This document shows positions 23,065 to 36,022 of a stretch of 49,453 bases of DNA, piece by piece. The position numbers and the translations under genes are program-made. The notes beneath the pieces were generated by a model. The model worked only from the letters and a program-made list of their open reading frames with translations, had not been told where the DNA came from and did not search any database. Numbering within the stretch: position 1 is the first letter of the stretch; every line of letters begins with the position of its first letter. The stretch is from Trypethelium eluteriae (Eukaryota), in assembly GCA_051942245.1 (NCBI GenBank), contig JAVECL010000120.1, positions 1-49,453 on the forward strand, given 5' to 3'.

Positions 23065-25046
23065 ATGCCTCGAGATCCACTGATCGGGCTCGTGGGTAAA
23101 CCCTCGTCGGGTAAATCAACTACCCTAAATAGGTGAGGAAATGCACAATTGCTCTTCGGAGACAAAAGCAACAAGTTAACGCAAAGCTCAGCTTGACTGA
23201 TGCAAGCTCCAAAGTTGGTACGGCAAAGGTTCAATCTCCCCCACCATCTTCTTTCTTTCCACTGACCAATCTTCTCACGCACAAGGTAACTTCCCGTATG
23301 TCTCTCATAGAGCCTCCTCCTTTGTCTCCCTCCTTCTCGTCGTCCTTCTCTAACAATTTCCGCCTCGACTAACTCCCACGCCCAACCAGCTTCACAACTA
23401 TCGACCCCCAACGCGCAATCGGCTACCTCCAGATCCCTTGCGCCTGCGCTCGCTTTCCGGACCTTTCTGCCCGGTGTAAACCCAATTATGGCAGCTGCGT
23501 GGACGGCCGGCGCTCGGTGCCGATTGAATTGCTGGATGTGGCGGGACTGGTGCCGGGGGCGCACGAGGGAAAGGGACTAGGGAATAAATTTCTGGACGAT
23601 TTGAGGCATGCAGATGCGCTTGTGCATGTGGTGGATGTGAGTGGGTGTACGGATGCGGAGGGTGAGTGAAAAGAGCTACACATCTCCTCGTTGTTTGGTC
23701 TTTCTGCCAGCAGTAGAGAGGGACGGAGTGGAAGAACAAGTGAAAGGCAAAGAAAATGCTGAGGCTGATCATAGGGGGGCGATAGGCAAGGCCACGAGAG
23801 GATACGATCCGAGTCAGGACATCGTCTGGTTGCGGTCTGAGATCGTGAATTGGATTCAGGGGAACCTGATGGAGAAATGGTATTCCCATCGCTTCTCTAC
23901 CCGCACTATCGTCCCATCACGCCCCAACTAACCACCCAACAGGAGCAGCATCAAACGCCGCCATGTCGCAACAAGTAGGTCCCCCTTCACCCTTGCACAA
24001 CTCAGTCCAATCTGCAATGCCAACCCTCTGCCCTCCCCGAAACAGAATCCTCCCCCGTCGAAACGCTCCAAGCCCAATTTTCCGGCTACGGCAGCACCCC
24101 CTCCCTCCTCGCGCTCACCCTCTCGCGCTTCTCGTCCGCCCACGCCCTCGGCCCCCTCGAAGCCTGGGACGAGGCGACCATCAGCGCCGTCGTGTCGGCC
24201 TTCGTCGACGACAAGTTCCCGACCGTGCTCGCGCTGAACAAGATCGACCACGCGGACGCGGACAAGAACATCGCCAAGATCGCCAAGGGCCGCGATCCGC
24301 AGACGATGGTGCTGACGAGCGCGATCAGCGAAGTATTTTTGCGGAGGCTGGCGAAGCAGGCCTATGTGAGGTATGTGGAGGGGAGCGAGGTGGTGGAGAC
24401 GAGGGAGGATTTGCTGGAGGACGGGGTCGAGGATGGTGGCGGGTTGAGGGAGATGGATGAGAAGTTGAAGACGTAGGTTGTGGTCTTTTCAGTGTTTTCT
24501 CTCCCGTGGTACTGTGAGGGTGTGATGGTAGGAATGGCTTGCTAATGAGAGGTGATCGTGAATAGGCGTATCGAGAACCTGAGGGATATGGTGCTCTACC
24601 GCTTTGGTAGCACCGGTGTTGTTCAGGTTCTGTCGAGGGCTGCGGAGCTGCTCGGTTTGGTGCCTGTATTTCCGGTGCGCAACATACATAGTTTTGGATC
24701 TGGATCTGCGACGGGAGGTGGTGGAAAGGATGCTGTCTTTAGAGACTGTGTGCTGGTGAAGAAGTAAGTCATCCTGTGCTCGGGAGAGTGCTAAATGCAG
24801 GAGGAACACCAAGCTGACGGATGCGGCGGTAGAAACACGACGGTTGGCGAGGTTTATCGCAAAGTCATGGGCGATGCACCACTCGCATATGTCGAGACTG
24901 TTGGCGCTGTACGAGTCAGTGAGGATGATATCGTGACTTCTGGGAAGAATGATGTGGGTCATCTCATCTGTGCTTGTCACTCATGAATTCGTAGGCTAAA
25001 ACGTTTCATCATCTAGATACTGTCATTCAAGGTCGGTCGAGCCTGA
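23065..25046 (+). CDS. Obg-family GTP-binding protein, YGR210C-like, multi-exon
   Basis: [19 protein letters not shown] (G1), GNFPFTTIDP (G2, built from small exons 23192-23217 and 23286-23295), [26 protein letters not shown] (G3), LALNKID (G4). C-terminus ILSFKVGRA with stop at 25044-25046. Confidence 0.93.
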
Positions 25047-25639
25047 GGGCAAACGTGTGGTGAACAGCTACCCAATTAGCCCCTCATCATTTGCCTCTTA
25101 TCGAAAGCCCTCCGGAATAGCCGAGACTCTCTCTCAAAGTATTGGCCTGTTATAAGCAAAAACTGCTTTCAGTGACAGAGGGGGCTAAAAGAGTGCAAAT
25201 CAACGCCGTCTTTACCGTCGAGACACTGCATAAGGCAGGGTGTTGGGGGATCACTGCCCGTCATGTCGTCCATGAGGATATTCACGTTGGCACGAGTAGA
25301 TCACTTTGAGAGCCTACATAAACATTGAAGATATTCTCTAGTCTTATAGACACTCAAGCAGTGCACCATAAAAGGCACGGAAGCAATTGATCGAATGACT
25401 ATTCCAAAGTTGAGATGCCCCATATCTAGCCATGGATATCAAGATGAATGCATACAGCAATTCCCGCTAATCATGCGCGTTTGCCGGCCCATATCCGCTC
25501 GGTCGTCTGTGCCGTGCCACACATGCTTCCCGAAATTTTGTTGAAACACATTGTACAAAGTTGAGGAAGACCGAGACATAATGTCATCTGTTCCGAGTAT
25601 TGCATCGATCAAATCCATATAGAGAGCATACTTATACTC

Positions 25640-27335
25640 TCACCAATGACAGATTCCTCCTTCGCTATCATCTACACTCCAGGTCCCCGCCAGTCCCACA
25701 ATCTCCATCTCACCTCGGTGCTCCGTTACGGATCCCAACTTGGCTACCCGTGAACTATTTGCACCACTCTCTCCGATCATGGCCGTCGTCCATGGATTAT
25801 CTCCCGATGTCGCAGCGCCCGGGCCATTGTTCAGTAATCGTCTCGCCCAAGCATCAATCGTGGGTTCGCCTGTCTCATCCCGAGCCTGCTTAAGGAAGGG
25901 AATGAGCGCGGTGCCGCCCGTGCCGCGGAGATTTTTCTTACGCTGCGGCGAGGAGCGCGCTGTGGTTGGCGAAGAGGGGAGGTCGTGATCGCTAGCATCG
26001 GAGGCTGCGTCAGCAGTGCTAGAATGGCGATGACGATGGTGTAGCTCAGGTGACGTGGCGGCAGCATGAGGAGATAGCTTTGGCTGGGCATGGCGATGAG
26101 ATGATGAAGCACCGCGCGAGAGAGAGCGAGATTCGCGGGATTTGACGATGATGTACCGGCTCACCATCTGGATATGTTTATCGCGAAAAGCGCGGAGCAT
26201 GGCGAGGCAAGCGTCAAAGGCGGTAGTAAGGGCACGATCGCGCGGTCGAGCCTCGACAAAAGAGCGAATATTGGCAACGGCAGCAATGTGTGCGAGGAAA
26301 CGTGCATGAGGTCCAGGCATGTAGCGGCGCATGTCGAGGATAAAGTTGTGCGAAGGCGCTGGCGGTGTCGATGGCTCGGGTCTCGAGGAAATTCCTCTGG
26401 ACTCATTTGGTGGTTGAGCGCCGGTGGGCCGATGTTCGATCCCAAGAACGATGTCAAAGAATTGGATGATGGAACTTTGCGCGTTGCTACCACCAGAAAA
26501 CTGAACATATTCTTGCCGCTCACCCGTTCCATCATCGAAAATGACGCCATTAGGAAGGCCAGCATCGGCCATGTTCTTGCCTCCAGCAAGGAACGGACGA
26601 ATACGATGGTAGAAGACATGTGGGTCACAGCTGTCGTACATGCGCTGGAGTAGAGAACCAAGCTCGTCGAGTCGCTCCGCGAAAGATCTCAGGCATTCAG
26701 TGACTATATAAGTATCATTCCGTCGAGCAGCTGCGATTGCTGATAGCATCAGTGGTATGATCGGAGCACCTCGAGCTTCAATGGCCACGGAGACAAGATA
26801 GAACCATGATTCGTCGATGGAACCGGTGAAGGTCTGTAACGTAGATAGGTTTTCCAGGTTGTCAATCGGTTCGTCATCAAAAAGTGGCTTCCAATTCCAG
26901 AGACACACCCCAGCGTAGGTAGCCACAGGAGGCAGTTCTAAATGATTGCAGGTCGCGAGAAATGGTACGGATATCGTCGGTGGCACCCTCTAATTGCAAT
27001 AGTTAGAGGAAATGCAAAAAGATCTGATGCAAGATTTTACTCACATCCACAGGGGAATCTCCTCCCCAGATGTAGGCATGCGCGATGAATGCGAGTACTG
27101 AATACGCCCGCCGCCATTCCGGCTCTGATTGCAAATATTCCGTTGAAAGAACTGGTAAGGCCTCGACAACGCCTCTCAATCTCCTGCTGAGGATTAAACC
27201 CTGCAAGTTTTTCACGATTGCCTCCCATTTATTGTAGTATAAGCTTGGTAGTCTCTCGAGGGGTATCTCAGAAGGAAGAAAGCCGTGATGGAGGGAGACA
27301 TCGTAATCGCTTGGTAGAGGGATGGATGGAAGCAT
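25640..27335 (-). CDS. BNA2: Indoleamine 2,3-dioxygenase (kynurenine / de novo NAD pathway)
   Basis: Exons 27335..27045 and 26989..25640. Motifs GFLP, LELPPVATYAG, TFTGSIDESWFYLVS, GGSNAQSS, MRRYMPGPH, FRDKHIQMVSRYI (proximal His) and RGTGGT. Confidence 0.95.
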
Positions 27336-28794
27336 GGTGGGGAAGCAGAACACTGCTCGTCAGGACAGGCGGTCACTCTGTTGAATGTCGAACTCGAGTA
27401 GCAATCCTATTCTTGAACGACAGTGGTGGACGAGCAAAGGCTGACGTGGCGTGCTTGATAAAATCAGAATTGGGAGTCTAGACTGATGGAGGAGATGGAA
27501 ACTAGGTACCGAGTAGAATGCTGGCGGGAGAAAGGAACGGGGCGGAGAGAATTGAGAAGCCCCGCTCATATGGCGGCAGTAGTCAAGTGAAACTATGTTC
27601 GGGTGAGACGCGCTAGAGAAAGGAAATGCCTGGTCTAGTTCGGAACCGAGGGTAGGAGTAGATGGAGTGTGGTGGGAGAAGTTTTAAGTACTAGAGAAAC
27701 AGTCGGGTGGGCGAGAAGGTTTTTGGTGGGGCAAGAGGGTGACGACAAAGCCACAAATTTGTCGGCATGGGCACGCGACCCATAAGACACGTCAATTGAG
27801 CCGCAGCTTCGGTCAGATGGCTGGGACATGCTGAGGCGCTGAGATGCTGAGAAATCGAATTCTGAAGTCTACGATGGTTGGCTGATAGGAATGAATCATG
27901 GACACTGGCTTTGTGGTCATGATAATCCCGCCCGGAATTTTTCAACGTAAACTCCGCTTCAACGTCCTCAGGGTCCAAGATCCCGCTAGGCTGGCTGTGG
28001 TCATGATCTGCTTCTGGCAGCGGCGCCCACCTTGACCAATGCACGTCTTACTTGAGACGATGCAATGCAGGGTGGCAGGGCTAGAATCCTGGCCGATCGT
28101 CATGTATACGTTCCAAACCCTTCGCTATTCTCCAGCTGTCCGCCAAGGCCTTCATAATGACGTGCATTTTATCTTCAGCGACGTTTCGGATTGAATTCGC
28201 CTCCTGGATATCTCCACTTTGTTAGGTAGGACCCTAGATTGCAAGCACAAAAAGTATCCAATAGGTTCGAGGGCCGGCCAGTTGATGTTGGCCCATAGAA
28301 GCGCCGGAAGTCGTCCGCTCCTGGCAGTACTGGTTGACGATGCCCATTCCTTCCACGTTTGGTAATTCACGTTGAGACGTATCTACTCACTGACTAATTC
28401 GCAAGGCTACTATATCACGAATGATCTTTATTCATACTATACTATCCCAGCCAAAAATTTTGATGGAAAGTAGCACGTTATGGAGACTCTGATCCAGTCG
28501 GAGACGAATCTCTAAATCCTATGCAGTCGCATCTACCATTTTTACCAGTGCCAAGACTGAGTAGAGCGAATGAGTGGCTTGGGTCGCAAGGCTTGACATC
28601 AGGTAAGAGTCCAAGCAGAAAGGCTCGGCTACGGACACCACGTGCAGTCACGGTGGGCATAGCCCCTTCCGCCCATGTCTTGATCGACCCGAACAAAACA
28701 CCTCATGTCCACACCTTGCGATATTGCTGCTCAGCTGCTAACGAGACAGGTCCAAGCGGTCTTTCAGTCGCATATTTTGGCAGTATTCTCCTCT

Positions 28795-30469
28795 TCAGTA
28801 CGTCGAAATCGCTTTGGCCCTCAGCCTCGCCCCATACCTCCAAATGAATATCGGAATAGGGACAGCGAGTACTGACCCCGCTAAGGCTAATATGCTGTTG
28901 CTCCATCCATACCCGAGTGCTTGGTACATGCTCGGTGCAAATAATGGAAATAAGAAAGCTGTTAAGCTCCTGACGAATTGTGTTGCCGCCATGGCACTGC
29001 TCGTGTGCTCTCCGTATGAGTCGATGACGTATGCCATCACTGTGATATCTGGGGTCAGTCATTCCTTATGTGGACCAAAAAGGTAACGAAGCCCTCAATA
29101 GGATACTTACTGGGCATTCCGGCTAGCTGCATCCCGAAATTCAAGATGAAGACTCCCACATCAACCACAAGCCAAAACGACCGATACTCGGCCGTCCAAC
29201 CGTATACTAACAATCCTGCCCATGCGGCAAAAATGCCAGGGAACACAAGTGGAATACGTGATTCGGGAGTCGAGTTTAATGCCTGTCGCTTCTTGTAAAA
29301 GTAGTCCATCACCGATCCGCCGATCTGCGAGGCAGCCACCTCGCCCAGAGAACAGGCAATGTAGTGCAGTCCGCTCATCTCCACGGACTGATGGTACTGG
29401 AATATCCAAAGGTCCGAGAACGTGGAGAGCGTAATATACAAGATGCCGTAATTAAAACCCGACAAAATGGCCGAAGCTTGGATGATAGGATGAAAAATCA
29501 GGAGACGGAGTGGGCGCGTCAAAGCGCGCACAAGAATAGCTACGGTAGACCTGTCACTATCAAGTCGTTCACTTTCCGTGTAGTATTGCTTGTTGTCGGT
29601 TTGTATGCGAAGACGCTTGGCACGCCGGCGGAGTATTAGCGCCCCGTATGATTCGGGGAAGCTGAAAATCGACACAAATATCATGACGGCTTGAAATATA
29701 GACGTTGCCCAAAACATCCACCGCCACGTTGTGCGCGCGGCGATATAACCGCCAATGATAGGGCCTATGTTGCTTGTCAGCGGACTCATTCATTCTTTCA
29801 GTTTGCCGCTCCGGACCCGGAGAGCATATTCCCTTTGCATCACTGCACGGACTCAGCACACTCACCAACTGCTGCACCAAGCAACGGGATAAGCATGTAA
29901 ACTCCTAAGGAACGCCCTCTCTGTTCTGGCCTCCAGACGTCACCTAGAACGCCACCAGCAAGTGCATAGATCGCGCTTGCACCGAATCCCGCCAGAAAGC
30001 GAGACGCAATAAGCGTCACTTTGGTCTCCGCAAACCCACAGACCACATTCCAAACAAGAAACCAGACACTAGAGCCGTGTAGAATGACCTGTCTACCATA
30101 AATCTCCGATAGGGGGCCAATGAACAGTGGACCGAAGGCGGTGGCCAATAGGTAAATAGACAAGGACATGGCCGACTCGGTCCGACTCATGTGGAGCTCG
30201 CTGGCGATGGTCGATAAAGCTGGTGCCATGATAGTTGAAACCATGATCCGATTGAAGCCCGTAGCTGACAGGACGTCCGTTACCATCCACTTGCGACTTG
30301 CTGGCCAGTCTAATGGGTTCTCGGCATCGTACGGTGAGTCGAATGCAACGAGGAAGGGATCCGACTCTTTGGTGATCTTGTTGTCCGTCGGCTTTGGGAT
30401 CTGAGCCAATTCTATCTCGGGGGGATCGGGCGCCACGACGATCTCATCGTGATTTCCGGAAGTTGCCAT
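28795..30469 (-). CDS. MFS multidrug transporter, DHA1 family
   Basis: ENPLDWPASRKW, GPLSEIYGR, GDVWRPEQRG, WRWMFW, PESY and PESR motifs with multiple TM segments; introns 29865..29765 and 29110..29040. Confidence 0.93.
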
Positions 30470-32031
30470 GATGGGATCGACTGTTGAGACTTGAAAAGCG
30501 AGCGATATCGCAAAGGCGTGTTAAAGACAATGAGACGGCTTAAGATTGCAACAAGATATGAGGGAAGGCGTACGGATTTGACACTTATGATCAGTGAGAT
30601 CTTGCCTTTGTATGACGCAGTTCCGCGGTGAACTTTTCAAAGTGCAGGACCCTTGAGTAGAAAATATCAACAGGCTGTATTACTTCTCAGAGTATAGGCC
30701 CGGAGCCTCGAGTTCAACCGTGCAAGGAAGGACCACTCGATGTATTAGATCGGGCTCCCATGAACATCGAGAACAGGAAGTGACAGGTGGAGGGAATTTT
30801 CCACCCTGTGTTTACTCTATGTACTCTATGGTCAAAAGATGGTGCTATTGACGCCCTACGTCTTGGTAGAAAGGTTTCGGGCCATTCGCTCAGCACTTGT
30901 AATGATGTAACGTGACAGAGATACTGTTTCGTCCAATAGCAAATCATTATCTTATCAGATCAAGCCGAAGATCTCCAATCGGCCAGAAATATCATTGACG
31001 CTAGGCGGAATCCTTCACTAGCGTCGACGCGATTTAGGCATCCAGTCTGCGTATATTCCACACCCAGATGACGTTCAAACCTCGACCTCTCGAGCGCTTT
31101 TGCTGAACGCAACTATCTACCTAATTAGATCGAAACATAGGCTGATTATTCCGCGCTCCACAATAAATATCTCCACACCGAAAAATCCGAGGCTTCCCAA
31201 CTGCTACGAAACCAGGAGAACATCTGAGAGCGTCGCGAAACGGTAGCGAGTCACTTGCTGCAGCGCGTGAATTTCACGCTGCAAGAGAGGCGCACGGTGC
31301 TGCGAGGACGCCTCTGGCTCCTCAGCTGTAGATTCAGCAATGAAGTTCGCTTTTCGGTAAGAGTATCCCGATGCGGTCTATGCCGGAGATGTTCCCGAAC
31401 TCTTGTCGAGTCGCATGAATCAAGGGACTCAGCCTCATGCATAAGGCATGTACGATGGTGTCATTCTACAATAGCATTAGGCTGAACCTCTTCTTGTAAG
31501 GCTTTGTAGCGGCATTCAAGAAGTCCTCGAGGAAACTCTAGAACCAAAGTTAATGCGCGAAGCGAGCGGGCTAGACAATTAACCTGCACAAGAGCGAACG
31601 TGGTTTTCCAAGACTCCATTTTATCTCACCGGCCTGAATATTCTCTTGGCATCCTTTGATCGATATGTACTTCTCTGAGGGAATTGACCTTACGATGCCT
31701 CCAGGTCTTCCTATTGATATAGAATCGTGTGAAAGGGAAGATACCAGATCGCATCGGCGCGGCATTCTAGGAGGTGAGCGTCTCAGAGACTTTTTATGTA
31801 AGGCAGACAGCTGATGATGCAAGCTTGGGAGAACATCAAAGACAGGCTGCAGGCCTACAATAACAGGATTCTAAATGGTGAATATGTTGAAATTCCCTTC
31901 AATATGGACTACTGAGGAGTATAAGCCCGGAAAGACAGGCAATCGCTTTACAAGAATGCTGTCGATCCAAACATTAAGCAAAGTAAATCGTTTCTAGTCA
32001 CTTTCACGGAAGGCAACTTAACCCGACATTA

Positions 32032-33155
32032 GTGGAGGATTATCCAGCCGGTTACCCCCGGCTTGCTGCGTTTATGTCAAGCGTTAAGGAATTATCCCAG
32101 TTTCGTCGCTTTTCCACACTTCGAGTGCGAGTACTGTTGATGTTGCAATACGATATCATGCTTTTAGAGCATCAGCTTGGTGAACTGGATGATGCACTTC
32201 CGACGCTACGGTCCATTGGACGGGATGATGCTGCTGTCGGAAGATCAATAGAAACTAATATTGAGCCCCGAATTCCTACCGTCTTTGGACGATCTGATCA
32301 TGATGCGCTGAGCAATGGCGTGACCCAACAGCCTAGGCCCGATCCTGAGGCCATGAGACGGATACCGGCGGATACGTACTTCGAGGGTACTGTGGAGGCA
32401 CCCCAAGGAAATAATGCCGGGAAAATGAGTTCACGACGACGACTCCTCTATCAGATCAAGAAAAAGCTTGATGAATACGGTGCGTGTCCTATATTACCAC
32501 GTACATATTACCGCTGAGATGCAGTAGATGATGTATTGATGCACGCCCGAGAAGTGTCATCTTTTCAAATACCATCACATAGCAACTATGCAGAGTTGCG
32601 AACCCATCTCTACAACACGAAGCCAATCGTGGATCCGGAAGAGCAGTGGACGAGGCAGAAGAATGATTTGTTGAGCTTCCACAAAGAGCCGCAGCCGTCC
32701 TCACCAGTTGAAAGTTGGCTGGAATTAGCTCTTGTGCGCATGAGAGTTCCTTTTATTCAGGTCAGCTTCGCTCATCATCCTCTTTTCTGACCACAACTCA
32801 TGCAAACCAGAACCTATTCAGAGCCTCTGAGGACCGCCACAAAGCCTCCAGCCTCCCAACATATTTCTTCTCGCTTTCTCGCATCAGCATCTGTGTCGTG
32901 CCAGTAATTACCTTGGTTATGTTCATGGTACCGGTGATTGCAATGTACGAAGTGACATTAGGAGGTACAAGAGCCGGCGCTTACGGAGCGATAGGCATAC
33001 TTGGGGCATCGACCGTGATCTTCACAATCGTCATGACGCTGACCACCACGGCCCGAAGACATGAACTTTTTGCAGCTGTCGCGGCTTATGTTGCTGTACT
33101 CGTTGTTTTCCTGGGTAACGTTAGCGGAAATGGCAACGGTGGGCAGAAGTCATGA
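32032..33155 (+). CDS. DUF6594-like membrane protein; first exon and start codon (about 31875-31980) unresolved
   Basis: GYPRLAAF...FRRFSTLRVRVLLMLQYDIMLLEHQLGELD at the N-terminus; three C-terminal TM segments ending ELFAAVAAYVAVLVVFLG; introns about 32480-32527 and 32761-32810. Confidence 0.8.
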
Positions 33156-33957
33156 TCAATGTCAAGCAAGAGAATCATACCCATAATCATGGCCGTAGAA
33201 CCCCCGGACTTGAACAAGCTGCGTGTTAGTAGACTCTATAAATATTGAGAGTTACCGTCCTACCCTGTTTCCCGGGGAAAACTGGCTTCCTAGTCATTTC
33301 CTGCTTCATCTACCATCATAGTACTTTCCAGTCCCTGTGCCAAGCGCAATCCTCCTGTTCTACCACTTCAGCTAAACATCGGGGTTGTTTCAGCGCTCAA
33401 TTAGGAAGTGGGGGCGAGAACAAGGACCCACTCATTGCGGCTGAACCAATCTTCTCAGCCCCAAAAGCTGGACGATCACTTCGCACTTCTCAAAGCTCAG
33501 ATTGTGTATAGCCTCTCGCTGCACCGCACCTAATGCAGTAATCGGATAACTAGCTGCTCATGATCTGACCAAAATGTGACAGGTCAGGCCAACCACTATC
33601 CTTGCAAGCGATTCTTCTACCTATATCATTCGAACACGTACCTTGCCCTTTGAGGGCAATCAGGCGTCCTTGCAGTCGCAGAATACGATGCTTAGACTTT
33701 TACAACACCTACAGGCAGTTCTAATGATGTCTACAGCTTACTAGCGATGATAAGCCCCTACCGATTTGTATAAAGATCGTAACCATCATGCGTATTGTTG
33801 CTTTTGCCTCCCTGTTGCCCCTTGTGCATGGGGAAACTGTACGTCGTTGCACTGGGAAGGCTTATAAGAGGACACTACCCTCAGATACTTTTGCTCCAGC
33901 TCACTTTGATTGTCCTCTAAGTTCCCCGTTTTTTTCCACTGTTCCTTAGATTTCAAG

Positions 33958-35630
33958 ATGCGCAAAGCACATTTCCTCTCGTCTATCTTTCTCTCACTAG
34001 CTTCCGCGCAAGAATCTACTATTTCATTACCTATCAACAACACTGCACCGATCGAGGCAGCTGTCGTCGATCCAACATTTCCAGCATTCGCTTTTGAAGA
34101 AGCCTCGTTCTATTCCTACTTTGGTAATACCTCTTCTGCTACGGAGTTCTCTCTCAATCTACTTTCGAACGTTGTGAATCGCACAAATGGCTCAACAGTT
34201 ATCAGGGTTGGTGGTACTTCTCTGTGAGTCTCCTGCGACAGACTTTCCACGACGATCGAACTAATCCACAGCGTACAGCGATCAGTCGCACTATAATTCG
34301 TCGCTGAAAAATTTCATCCACTATCCAAAGGGCCAAGTAGGCGCACCCATTCCCAAAGGTGTAGCGTTCGGGCCCAAATTCTTTTCAGCTTTCCACGCCA
34401 TTCCTTTTGCGAAGTACATATTCGACATTCCGTTTTTCCACAACAACAAGAATAACTCCATCGAATGGACGAAAGCAGGCTACAAAGCCATCGGAGCCGA
34501 TCGAATTGCAGCATTTGAAGTACTCTCCCCCGTTCCCTTTTCCATTCAATTCAATAACAGCCCCACAGCTCGGCAACGAAGTCGACCACTACTCTTCAAA
34601 AATTCGCAAATCCTGGGATCCCTCCACCTACGTAACCGAATGGGCAAACTGGACATCCACTATCTCCAGTGCCCTCGGTCTTCCCCCCGACGCTAAAATC
34701 TGGGACGCGTGCACCTACTCCGCCGAAGCATCCGGAAACTCCCCTCCCCCCGGCGGCCCATGGACCGTCCCCCAAGCCTTCACATCCGGCAATCTCTCCA
34801 CCTACAAATCCAGAATCTCAACTGTCTCGCTACACTACTACCAAGCCTTGCACGAGCAATCCGGGAATCTCTCGTCTCTTCTTCTCAACCACACGTTCAC
34901 GAAAGAACGCATGTCAAACTTCTCCTCTGCCGTGGAGTTCCTCAATAAGCAGGACCCTCCCATACCCCTCGATCTTGCGGAAGTCGGCCCCGCTATCGAC
35001 CTCCCAAAGGATGCAGGAGATATCTCAGGAGTATTCAGCGCAGCGTTGTGGTTATCAGATATGCTGTTGCACGGGATGAATATCGGGATCCGGCGGATCA
35101 ATTACCAGCAGATTCTCGGTGGGGAGTTGTCGTTGTGGCAACCGAGCGAGGCGAGGGGAAAGGAGGCCAGGGTCGATCCGAAGTATTACGGGTTGATTTT
35201 CGCGGCGGACTTTGTGGGGAAGGAGAAGGGTGTGAAGGTCAAGGAAGTTGATGTTGGACATGGGATGGGGGAGAGGTTGAGTGCGTATGCGGCGTGGAGC
35301 GGCGAGGGAGAGCTTTTGAGGGTTGCGGTGGTGAATTTGGAGGAGTGGAACAATTCGACGGGGAGTGCGCGTAGGCCGAATGTCACGGTGGAGTTTTCAG
35401 CTCCGGAGGGTGCCCAGAAGATGGAGGTCAGGAAGTTAGAGAGCACGACGGGAGCGCAGGATGACAAGGAGGAGGATATCAGTTATGCGGGAGTGACGTA
35501 TACGTTTGCGAATAACGGGAAGGGAGAGCAAAAAAAGGGTGATGGGGTCGAGAGGATTGCGGTGAAGGATGGAAAGGTGAAGGTTGTTGTCAAGGCGAGT
35601 GAGGCGGTGATGATTTCGAATGCGAATTAG
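33958..35630 (+). CDS. Secreted glycoside hydrolase family 79 (beta-glucuronidase-like)
   Basis: Signal peptide MRKAHFLSSIFLSLASA; IRVGGTS; acid/base motif FELGNEVD; SLHYY; likely nucleophile LAEVG; FSAALWLSD; YYG. Introns 34224-34278 and 34520-34568. Confidence 0.88.
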
Positions 35631-36022
35631 TACTAGAGAATGCTGTTTCGGTTTTTGATCAAGCGCTAAAGGAAATAGAGTAGCTTTACTGACTATTATT
35701 ATTCTCGGGCGTATCGAAATTGTGTACTCCGGTACGGATTTGGAGAAAAGGATGCTTCCGAGAATCCATCCTATTGCAGCCACAACTTATACACACCAAA
35801 GTGGTAGGGACGAAACTACCCCTGATTCTCCGTAGTAATTGTCTTTCTTTATGGGCCTAGTATCTCTCTGTAGTAGCCTTCATAAACGCTCTCCTAAAAC
35901 CTGCTAGAATGAGCGCTGTCGACTCTTTCATATACTCTATGTCATCCACATGCCTTTTTATCTGCTTATTCCCACTGCCTGCACAATTTTGAATTGAATC
36001 AATTGCAGCTTTGCTCCATTGA

